Source of the DNA: a virus
Taxonomy: Duplodnaviria > Caudoviricetes
Direction: 5' to 3' (one strand)
Virus record (IMG/VR): IMGVR_UViG_3300006153_000003
Length of the DNA stretch: 64,000 bases
Shown: in pieces, positions 31,286 through 39,052 of the stretch
Numbering within the stretch: the first letter of the stretch is position 1
Layout of the letters: every line of letters starts with the position of its first letter
The notes under the pieces: generated by a model
Database searches by the model: none
The model's input: the letters and a program-made list of their open reading frames with translations, nothing else
What the model was told of the DNA's origin: nothing
Program-made: the position numbers and the translations under genes

Positions 31286-31313
31286 TTGTCACTCAACTAA
31301 GTATCTAATATCT
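31286..31313 (-). repeat. Degenerate shufflon site; 25/28 direct repeat of 33470-33497
   Basis: TTGTCACTCAACTAAGTATCTAATATCT versus TTGCCATTTAACTAAGTATCTAATATCT. Confidence 0.7.
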
Positions 31314-31344
31314 ATATTATAATTTGATTTTTAATTCTTAAAGT

Positions 31345-31380
31345 AATAAAAGACATCAGTACCTATCTGGTGTCTTTTAT
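31345..31380. terminator. Bidirectional terminator between the moron and the recombinase
   Basis: ATAAAAGACATCAG/CTGGTGTCTTTTAT stem. Confidence 0.65.
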
Positions 31381-31419
31381 CAATTATATGTAATTATTGT
31401 AGTTGATTATTTTGTGCAT

Positions 31420-32412
31420 TTATGCACTCAAATATTTTTTATGATGATACTGTACACTTGCTTGGTCAACAGTACAGTAAATCATAGTAGTTTCGAGTTT
31501 TGCGTGTCCTAAGAAGCGAGAAACTTCTTGTAAGGGCATTCCTCTATTCAATGCGTTAGTTGCTGCTGTCCGACGAAAACGATGTGGATGAGCGTCTTCA
31601 ACACCAGCGCGTTTGCCAATGCGTCGAATAATATCTTCTGCACCAGCTTTTGTTAATCGTTTGTTTGGTTTCCTTAATCCTACAAATAAAGCAGGGTTAT
31701 CATCATCCCGGCTATCTAAATATTCTTTCATGTACATACATGATCTGTCGTTCAAGTAAACAATTCTTTCTTTTCCTCCTTTCCCATACACGAGTAAGTC
31801 TCTTGTCATGAAATTCAAATCTTTTCTATCAAGACTTAAAAATTCACTTACTCGAACTGCTGTACTATACAAGAATTCTAACATTGCCTTATCTCTGAGA
31901 TTAGTGCAGTTTCGAGATAGTAATTCCCTTTCTTCGTCTGTGTAAGGTTTCTTTAGAATCTGTTCCACCTTGATATCTGATACGAGAACCATAGGATTTT
32001 TACGGATTCGATCACGGTCACGTAACCAGGTGAAAAAGCTATTAAAGACTGCTCGTACATTTCTTAAGGTTACATTTGCGACTTTCCGTGTTGCTTTGTA
32101 GGTTCTCATGTATCTGGATATATCACCATCTGTTATCATATCTACAGGTTTGTTGATGTATGATAACAGACGATGTAATTCATACTGGTATCGTATTGTT
32201 GTTTCTCTGGATCTGCCTTCAAGCATCTTTGCAATAATGAAATCTTCCAAGTCATCCATCCAACTGTCGTCTATAACCATTAGTTCCGTATTTTTGACTA
32301 AATCACAATCAGCAAAAGAGATTTGCATGATTTCTTTTAATTCCCCTAATTGTTTTTCATCTAAAATGTCTTGTGCTTTTCTCAATACTTCCATAATTTT
32401 TTGTTCAACCAT
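31420..32412 (-). CDS. Tyrosine recombinase (XerD-like), shufflon invertase
   Basis: Catalytic R (TAVRVSE), K (GKGGKER), HxxR (HRFR), H (LGH), Y (TTMIY); embedded among the cassettes. Confidence 0.92.
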   Translation of the reverse strand: MVEQKIMEVLRKAQDILDEKQLGELKEIMQISFADCDLVKNTELMVIDDSWMDDLEDFIIAKMLEGRSRETTIRYQYELHRLLSYINKPVDMITDGDISRYMRTYKATRKVANVTLRNVRAVFNSFFTWLRDRDRIRKNPMVLVSDIKVEQILKKPYTDEERELLSRNCTNLRDKAMLEFLYSTAVRVSEFLSLDRKDLNFMTRDLLVYGKGGKERIVYLNDRSCMYMKEYLDSRDDDNPALFVGLRKPNKRLTKAGAEDIIRRIGKRAGVEDAHPHRFRRTAATNALNRGMPLQEVSRFLGHAKLETTMIYCTVDQASVQYHHKKYLSA

Positions 32413-32609
32413 ATTTCACACACTCCTTTATACTCTTTTGGTTTCAATATGGTTCTTCTGTATTTATTGGAAAAACATACCAAAAATATGTTCGGTATAA
32501 AGGAGAGTGAGATAAGTATAGAAAATTTCTTGCTTTCCATCATGTAAAAATTTGTTTCGAAATGTTATATTGTAATCGCGCAGGTAGGAAAATCAATGGA
32601 AATTGCTTA

Positions 32610-32626
32610 CTCATCTAAATGGCAAT
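32610..32626 (+). repeat. Shufflon crossover site
   Basis: CTCATCTAAATGGCAAT. Confidence 0.9.
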
Positions 32627-32944
32627 TTTATAATGATATCGGGAACTGGTGGTAGTTTAGAAGCTATAGAGGGAGTAAGTGAAATATATTTTGATGATTA
32701 TTGTAGATTTTGGCATAACAATTTTATAGGATGTGTAAGTGTTACTTTCACTAATTTTACAGAAATACCAGCTTGGCGTGGATTTATACGATTACCCTTT
32801 AAAACATATCGAGAGTGTGTGACACATCTATACGATGCACCAGACATTCAAGTGTATGCAGGTACAGGAACTGCAGTGAATACTATGTCACGCCCCATAC
32901 CTGTGGGGAAACATCATTTTGACATGGTAGTTTCACTCATCTAA
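32615..32944 (+). CDS. Silent tail-fibre cassette C
   Basis: In frame from CTAAATGGCAAT; unrelated single-domain tip without the SDL junction. Confidence 0.8.
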   Translation, partial: LNGNFIMISGTGGSLEAIEGVSEIYFDDYCRFWHNNFIGCVSVTFTNFTEIPAWRGFIRLPFKTYRECVTHLYDAPDIQVYAGTGTAVNTMSRPIPVGKHHFDMVVSLI

Positions 32945-32976
32945 CATAGCATTCCTGTAAATTGAATTTCGCGACT

Positions 32977-33480
32977 TTACACTGGATACTTGTAAAATCG
33001 AACGCCTACGCTTTGTTCAACTGTAGAATATATTCTCCATTTGTCACTTTCCCAAAAAATATGTTCTAGGCATTCATTAGTCTTATTATGATCGAAAACA
33101 ACAGGTATGTAATTAAATGCATTTGGTGCATTGAGGATTTCAACAGAATGATCCGCAACTGTATTGAAAAAAATGTCGACATATCCTAAATCAGAGGTTC
33201 GCACATAAAACTGCCAATCTCCCCAATTAGTACCATCATAGAATTTAGTAGCTAACGGTGTAGAACCGATTCCGGTTAAAATCACTTTTATATTTGTCTG
33301 GAGTCTTTTTAAAATAATAGCGTTTCCATAAGCATAGCTAAAGTTTGGTAAATCTTCACCCTTATATCCGGCTCCACTTAGTATATACATAAAAAGCCCT
33401 TGCGCTGCAATCTCTACTGCTTTATTCAAAACACTTGTTGATAAAACGGATTCGTTTGTGCTTCCTAACTTGCCATTTAA
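32977..33480 (-). CDS. Silent tail-fibre cassette D
   Basis: In-frame TAG immediately precedes TTA AAT GGC AAG; ends FYKYPV. Confidence 0.88.
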   Translation of the reverse strand, partial: LNGKLGSTNESVLSTSVLNKAVEIAAQGLFMYILSGAGYKGEDLPNFSYAYGNAIILKRLQTNIKVILTGIGSTPLATKFYDGTNWGDWQFYVRTSDLGYVDIFFNTVADHSVEILNAPNAFNYIPVVFDHNKTNECLEHIFWESDKWRIYSTVEQSVGVRFYKYPV

Positions 33481-33487
33481 CTAAGTA
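33470..33487 (-). repeat. Shufflon crossover site (inverted, terminal)
   Basis: TTGCCATTTAACTAAGTA. Confidence 0.85.
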
Positions 33488-33647
33488 TCTAATATCTTTC
33501 TTCAATTTACACAATTTCACAGAAAATAGTACAAATGAAAGAGCAATTTCATCTGTATTATTTTCACTCATTTCAGAGTAAAACAAGGTTTTCTAGCCTT
33601 GTTTTTTTTATACCCAAAATTCAAAAAAAGAAAGGAAGAAAAATTTT

Positions 33648-34655
33648 ATGGCACATTTATTTGTAATCGCAGGACACGGACACGGAGATTCAGGAGCAGT
33701 TGGGAATGGTTTCACAGAAGCAGAACGAGTAAGAGCATTAGCAAGTAGAATTGGTGAACTTGGAGGTTCAAATGTAACACTCGGAGATATGAGTCGTGAC
33801 TATTATGCTGACAATGGAATATCAAAGCTTAATATTCCGAAGGACTGGGCGATTATCGAACTCCATATGGACAGCGGAGCAAGTTCAGCAAAAGGTGGTC
33901 ACGTAATTATTTGCAGTGGATTAAATGCAGATGCATACGATAATGCACTTGCAAACTTTATTGGTGGAATACTTCCGGGGAGAAGCAACAAAATCGTAGC
34001 AAGAAACAACTTAGCAAATCCAAGACGGGCAAAAGCAAGAGGATTTAATTACCGTCTGTTAGAATGCGGATTTATATCTAATGCAAATGACGTAGCTATT
34101 TTCAATAATAGAATGGATGAAATCGCCCGGGGAATTCTTGCTGCATTTGGAATCGGAGCGTCTGGTAAAGTAAATACGCCTGCACCGACTCCAGTGCCGA
34201 CTCCGACACCTAAACCAACCAACAATACAAATGCTGGTGGCACGCAGGCAATGAAAAATGCTCAGGTACATATCAATAATTTCTGTGGGGCAGGTCTCGT
34301 TGCAGATGGAATTATTGGTCCCAAAACAAGAAAAGGACTTATTAAAGCTCTTCAGGTGGCTTTAAACAAGGACTATAATGCCAAACTTGTAGAAGATGGT
34401 ATTTGGGGTCCTAAGACAAAAGCTGCATTAGGAAATCACTGTGTAGGCCGTGGAGATACTCAATATCTTGTGACTTTTGCAAAAATTGGACTTACTGCAC
34501 TGAGCTACTTTGGGAATGCGGTAGAATCTCCTGGAAAGTTTGGATCTGATTTTGAAAAATCTGTTTATAATTTCCAGGTTGCAACTGGTTTAACGAAAGA
34601 CAAAATTGTAGGGAAAAATACAATTAATATGATTCTAACAAAACTTGGATGTTAG
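33648..34655 (+). CDS. Endolysin: N-acetylmuramoyl-L-alanine amidase (Amidase_3) with peptidoglycan-binding domains
   Basis: AGHGHGD..A...TEAE, ELHMD, LECGFI motifs; PT linker; DGIIGPKT repeats. Confidence 0.9.
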   Translation: MAHLFVIAGHGHGDSGAVGNGFTEAERVRALASRIGELGGSNVTLGDMSRDYYADNGISKLNIPKDWAIIELHMDSGASSAKGGHVIICSGLNADAYDNALANFIGGILPGRSNKIVARNNLANPRRAKARGFNYRLLECGFISNANDVAIFNNRMDEIARGILAAFGIGASGKVNTPAPTPVPTPTPKPTNNTNAGGTQAMKNAQVHINNFCGAGLVADGIIGPKTRKGLIKALQVALNKDYNAKLVEDGIWGPKTKAALGNHCVGRGDTQYLVTFAKIGLTALSYFGNAVESPGKFGSDFEKSVYNFQVATGLTKDKIVGKNTINMILTKLGC

Positions 34656-34716
34656 TACATCTGCTATTTGATATGATTATAGGGTAGTTGAGATTAATTC
34701 TCTTCTACCCTATTTT

Positions 34717-34974
34717 TTACGATTTGTTATATTCTTTGATTTTCCTTAAAATTCCCCTATATATCTTATCTTTTAATAAATGGATATACTCACGAGATAT
34801 GGGGTATTCAGACATAAACTCCGGATTATCGTGGAAAAATTTCTTTTGTTCTTCATCTGGGAGATAGATTGTATATTCCTCATAGAAATCAAGGTCACTT
34901 CCGAACGCATAACTAAACAACCTCCGTATTTGTTCAGGGGTCATACTAATAGCATTTAGTTGGTTGTGCATCAT
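34717..34974 (-). CDS. Hypothetical protein
   Basis: GAGGA RBS; divergent from the HTH gene. Confidence 0.55.
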   Translation of the reverse strand: MMHNQLNAISMTPEQIRRLFSYAFGSDLDFYEEYTIYLPDEEQKKFFHDNPEFMSEYPISREYIHLLKDKIYRGILRKIKEYNKS

Positions 34975-35085
34975 ATCATTATCCTCATTTCCCTACATTT
35001 GTCCACATATAAATTATAGTCTCGATTAAGACTATAGTCAATAAAAAGACTTCATATTATTCTAAATTACAGGGAGGCGGACGCG

Positions 35086-35304
35086 ATGATAGAATATAGT
35101 CCATCCTGGAAAACACTTAAAGGCTCAACTGAATCAACATATACACTGGTTACCAAGCACCATATATCTAGTTCTACTCTTGATAAACTTCGTAAGAACA
35201 AACCCTTGAATACTACTACTATTAATGACTTGTGCAGGATTTTAAATTGTCAGATCCAGGATATCTGCCAATATATGCCATCCGATGACGATCAGAAGTT
35301 ATAA
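35086..35304 (+). CDS. Cro/C1-type HTH regulator (HTH_26)
   Basis: ISSSTLDKLRKNK.LNTTTINDLCRILNC..QDI. Confidence 0.85.
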   Translation: MIEYSPSWKTLKGSTESTYTLVTKHHISSSTLDKLRKNKPLNTTTINDLCRILNCQIQDICQYMPSDDDQKL

Positions 35305-35469
35305 ATGAGAAAATTATAGTAGAATTTGTTCTCGTTCCGAGATAATAAATAATCAATAATAATACAACACATTAAAAAATATTATAAGAGTTTTTAGGCC
35401 ACTTACAATTAAATAATTATTTTCAGTATTTATAGCTATGTGATAGTTGGGTTGATTTTGATTTTGTTT

Positions 35470-35850
35470 TCTAACAGTTGTCTAACACTTTTCTAACACT
35501 TGTGCAGAAAAAATGCAAAATTTTTGTAAACCATTGTGAATTTGCACAAACCATAAGATTAGCGCATTCTAAACATTTTTGTTGCATTTTCCTTGTATTC
35601 TCAAGGGTTTACCAATTTAATTTAGTTGTAATATATAGTGTAAATCATTATAAAATTTTGTACAATTTGCTAAAAATAACACCTCAAACTTCACTCGTAA
35701 TGAAGGGGTCGTCGGTTCAAGTCCGATTTCCAGCTTTCAATGAGAGAGGTCATAATCCTTTAGATGCGGAGGATTATGGCTTTTTTATTACTCCGTTGTG
35801 AAGTGCTCAATACCTTTTTTTCTAACACTTTTCTAACACTTTTCTAACAC
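35470..35850 (+). other. attP: core is the 3' half of tRNA-Thr(CGT) (35689-35735), flanked by 3+3 TCTAACAC arm-type repeats
   Basis: CTTCA-CTCGTAA-TGAAG anticodon arm and GTCGG-TTCAAGT-CCGAT T-arm, 5' half absent; repeats with 11-bp period at 35470/35481/35492 and 35821/35832/35843; adjacent to the integrase. Confidence 0.88.
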
Positions 35851-35878
35851 CTGTGTAAGCAAGTGAATTGTTAGGATA

Positions 35879-37108
35879 TCATATAATTACTTGTTTTGAT
35901 AGTGTATCAACCATATTTTTCTTAGAATTTTGATTAACATGAACATATATTCTTGCCGTAGTATCATAATTTGCATGACCTAGCCACTCTTGGATTTCTT
36001 TCATCTGATACCCTAAGTTTAACAACAAAGAAGCACAACTATGTCTCAACCCATGAAATGTTATGGGTGGAAGTTCATTTTTTTTAATCACTTTTGAAAA
36101 AGTATGAGTAATATAAGTCGGTGTAATCAAATTACCATTTTCGTGAACAAATAAATATTCTAAATTATCAGTGTTATACGCATTCCCGTAAATTTTCATA
36201 TAATACTTTTTATCTTCAATTATCTTTTTCAAATATTCTTCTAATTCTGAAAATAACGGGAAACTTCTTATTGAAGATTCGTTTTTCAATTGATTTTTCT
36301 TTAAGTGCACAGTTCTATATTTGTTTTCAGTATCGTCTAACATAAACCCGGTCACTACGCTATGTTGTATATAAAGAATATGATTAATAAAATCAACATC
36401 GCTTATTTTAATTCCAACCACTTCTTCTCTTCTTAACCCATAATAACTTGCTAATAACACAGGTATTAAAATTTTACTATCTTCAGATTTCAGAATATTA
36501 ATTAATTCTTGAATTTGATCTATATTATACCACTGTGCTTTTTTTGTATCACATTTAGGCTTGACAACATTATCAATAGCTTCTTTCCTGATGTATCCTT
36601 CTTTTATAGCTTTTGATATTATCGACATTAAAGTTGCATAGTGTCGTTGCAGTGACGTTCCTGATAATTTTTTTCTTCCATCATATCCATTCTTTTTTTC
36701 ATCAAAATATCGATTAATGTCATTAGAATTTAGATTACAAATTTTTATCTTTTGTTTATAAAAATATGGATACAGATGCACTCGAACTGTTAATTCATCT
36801 GAGGCAAAAGTTATATCATCAACTCTACTCTTTTGAGTCTCAAGCCATTGCTTCATATAATCACAAAACAATAAAGACTCTTTATTATTCAAAAATTCTA
36901 TATTTGTATGTTTAGAAGAATTGTATTTAGTCAATTCTTCTTCCAACATTATCTCGGCCTTCTTTTTATTTCCCCTTATATCTAATTTTGTATTTATCCA
37001 TTTAAGTTTTCTTTTGTTTTCCTTATCATATAAATTTAAGACGATATACCATTTCCCATTTTTCTTTTGAACACTTCCTGTAATCTCTTTTTTATTTTGG
37101 GTTTTCAC
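35879..37108 (-). CDS. int: Phage integrase (tyrosine recombinase)
   Basis: N-terminal arm-binding domain, GLRREE, HGLRH, LGH...TTARIY. Confidence 0.93.
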   Translation of the reverse strand: MKTQNKKEITGSVQKKNGKWYIVLNLYDKENKRKLKWINTKLDIRGNKKKAEIMLEEELTKYNSSKHTNIEFLNNKESLLFCDYMKQWLETQKSRVDDITFASDELTVRVHLYPYFYKQKIKICNLNSNDINRYFDEKKNGYDGRKKLSGTSLQRHYATLMSIISKAIKEGYIRKEAIDNVVKPKCDTKKAQWYNIDQIQELINILKSEDSKILIPVLLASYYGLRREEVVGIKISDVDFINHILYIQHSVVTGFMLDDTENKYRTVHLKKNQLKNESSIRSFPLFSELEEYLKKIIEDKKYYMKIYGNAYNTDNLEYLFVHENGNLITPTYITHTFSKVIKKNELPPITFHGLRHSCASLLLNLGYQMKEIQEWLGHANYDTTARIYVHVNQNSKKNMVDTLSKQVII

Positions 37109-37187
37109 TTATTTTAACCTCCTTAGTTAAAACCCAACTATCACTTAACATATTGTATTATATCATAGTTGGGTTTTAAAAACTATG

Positions 37188-37355
37188 TCATTTAAGAAAA
37201 TTGATTAAATTTTCTTTTGTTACTCTATATTCTCTTCCAATTTTTATACTTTTGATTTTATTTTGTTTAAATAGAGTTCTAACCATTTGCTGGCTCACCA
37301 CGAGAATATCAGCTACTTCCTTTGTTGTTAATAAATCTTTATATTCATCAAGCAT
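37188..37355 (-). CDS. xis: Excisionase-like HTH protein (55 aa, not in the ORF track)
   Basis: MLDEYKDLLTTKEVADILVVS...IKSIKIGREYRVTKENL; directly upstream of int. Confidence 0.8.
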   Translation of the reverse strand: MLDEYKDLLTTKEVADILVVSQQMVRTLFKQNKIKSIKIGREYRVTKENLINFLK

Positions 37356-37376
37356 ATAATCACCTTAATATTTTAA

Positions 37377-37889
37377 TTACCTTCCTGTACTTCCAAATCC
37401 GCCATTTCTCACACCACCCGCTTCATCATCATATGTAATGCCATATTCTACAAAAATCCCCTGGGCAATACCATCTCCTTTTTTAACTTGGATAACTTTT
37501 TCATCATTTGAATCATTACTGAGTTTTAAGAAGATGTGTCCTTCATTATCTGAGTAATAAAAATCACTATCTATTATCCCAACCGTATTATCCAACTGGA
37601 GACGATATTTGAATCCCAACCCACTTCTTGGATAACATTTTAGTACCCATCCATCTTCTATCTTACATCTAATGCCTGTTGGGATTTTGATTGATTCTCC
37701 AGGACGCAAAATAAAACCTGTTGGTGTATAAAAATCATATCCTGCGGATCCTTTCGTTGCTCTTTCAGGCAACTTGATATTATTGTACATTTCTGTAATT
37801 ATGTGCTCAGGTTTGTTTCCTTGAGCATCCACCCAATCCTTCATAAAACGCCCCAAGCTAATCTTTTCAAATTTTGCGACTCTCTTCAT
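37377..37889 (-). CDS. dut: dUTPase (trimeric)
   Basis: SAGYDF, PRSGLG, GIIDSDFY, IAQG, RNGGFGSTG motifs. Confidence 0.95.
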   Translation of the reverse strand: MKRVAKFEKISLGRFMKDWVDAQGNKPEHIITEMYNNIKLPERATKGSAGYDFYTPTGFILRPGESIKIPTGIRCKIEDGWVLKCYPRSGLGFKYRLQLDNTVGIIDSDFYYSDNEGHIFLKLSNDSNDEKVIQVKKGDGIAQGIFVEYGITYDDEAGGVRNGGFGSTGR

Positions 37890-37892
37890 TTT

Positions 37893-38237
37893 TTACACCT
37901 CTCTATATTTATTGATAATTCCTGCCTTTTTCATAGCCCGGAATTCTTCATTCAAATTATCTCTAACTGTTTTCAATACATTATTCTCATTTGAATTAGA
38001 CCATTCACGGTCATAATATGCAGAATATAAATTCCCTGAACAAGAATCTACAATGTCATATCCAATATATCCATATGTCATAAAAGCTGCGAATTGAACT
38101 TCTATGACCGCCTTACCATTATATTTATACAAAGGAATCGTTCGTGTATAGACGATTTCTTTGCTTTTTCGTCTTTTGAATCCATAGTCTATGAGATTTC
38201 CAATATTGCAATTTTTATGTAACCTCACCTGATCCAT
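37893..38237 (-). CDS. Hypothetical phage protein
   Basis: GGAG RBS, operon position. Confidence 0.55.
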   Translation of the reverse strand: MDQVRLHKNCNIGNLIDYGFKRRKSKEIVYTRTIPLYKYNGKAVIEVQFAAFMTYGYIGYDIVDSCSGNLYSAYYDREWSNSNENNVLKTVRDNLNEEFRAMKKAGIINKYREV

Positions 38238-38396
38238 ATCATCACTCTCCTTCGGATTTTATTTCCTTGTATTCACATGGTATACATTGTCCAAAATAAT
38301 ACGACTTATCTTTAATGCTACAATATACTCTGATTTTTGATTTATCAGTATCATCAAGTATTGAGTGAATACATTTTTCGCATTCACTCGTAATAA

Positions 38397-39044
38397 TCAT
38401 TCGCATATCTTTTTACACTCTTTCTTAAGATAGTTTATATAATTTTCCCATTTGCCGATAGAGTGTATATAATTCTTTCCAGATAAACCTTTCAACGCCA
38501 TATCTGCCTTTATATCTTCCCAAGTATTTCTTTTCGTTACCAATGATTTCAAATAAGAATTTAACATATGTGTTAGAGTTATTATCTGCTTTTGACCTAT
38601 ATCTCTAACTATATCTTTATAGGCCACTAAATCTTCATCCGGTATCTTGTATGCCTTATTTTTAGGTAAATTCTTTAAACTGAACGGACTGATATTAGAC
38701 CCTCCTGTTTTTGGTCGCAGATATTTTTCTAGGTCTGACATGTACTTTGCTTTAAACTGGAATAGTATTTCTGAATCATTTTCTTCCTTATTATATATGA
38801 TATCTTGTCCTAGTTCTTCTTCTATCGTCTTAATCAGATTTCGTCCTCTGATCTTTGAAGGAATATATGCCTCCAGAGTTGATTTTCCATAATAGAAGAT
38901 TCTTATATTGTTATAGCAATCTATGTAGCAGTCTATATCCTCATAGGTTCCATCAAGTTTTCTAGTAAATTGATTTATTGTCTTATCGTATTCACACTTA
39001 ATACGATACTGCCCTTTATAATGAGATATCAAATAATTTGCCAT
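38397..39044 (-). CDS. Hypothetical phage protein, separated from its RBS by an IS
   Basis: Long ORF; start codon overlaps the IS target duplication. Confidence 0.65.
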   Translation of the reverse strand: MANYLISHYKGQYRIKCEYDKTINQFTRKLDGTYEDIDCYIDCYNNIRIFYYGKSTLEAYIPSKIRGRNLIKTIEEELGQDIIYNKEENDSEILFQFKAKYMSDLEKYLRPKTGGSNISPFSLKNLPKNKAYKIPDEDLVAYKDIVRDIGQKQIITLTHMLNSYLKSLVTKRNTWEDIKADMALKGLSGKNYIHSIGKWENYINYLKKECKKICE

Positions 39045-39052
39045 ATTGAAAC

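Noticed and set aside
20733-33480. Diversity-generating retroelement acting on the fibre
   Set aside because: No reverse transcriptase and no ~100-bp TR/VR pair differing at adenines; cassettes are divergent and bounded by recombination sites
34177-34220. Tandem CCGACT-like repeat
   Set aside because: Encodes the Pro-Thr linker of the endolysin
35689-35740. Complete tRNA-Thr gene
   Set aside because: The 5' acceptor strand and D-arm are absent; better explained as the attP core
35478-35801. 107-aa ORF
   Set aside because: Spans the attP repeats and tRNA fragment, no RBS; spurious
35470-35850. CRISPR-like array
   Set aside because: Repeats are 8 bp with an 11-bp period and no spacers; these are integrase arm sites. 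No CRISPR array or cas gene is seen anywhere in the window
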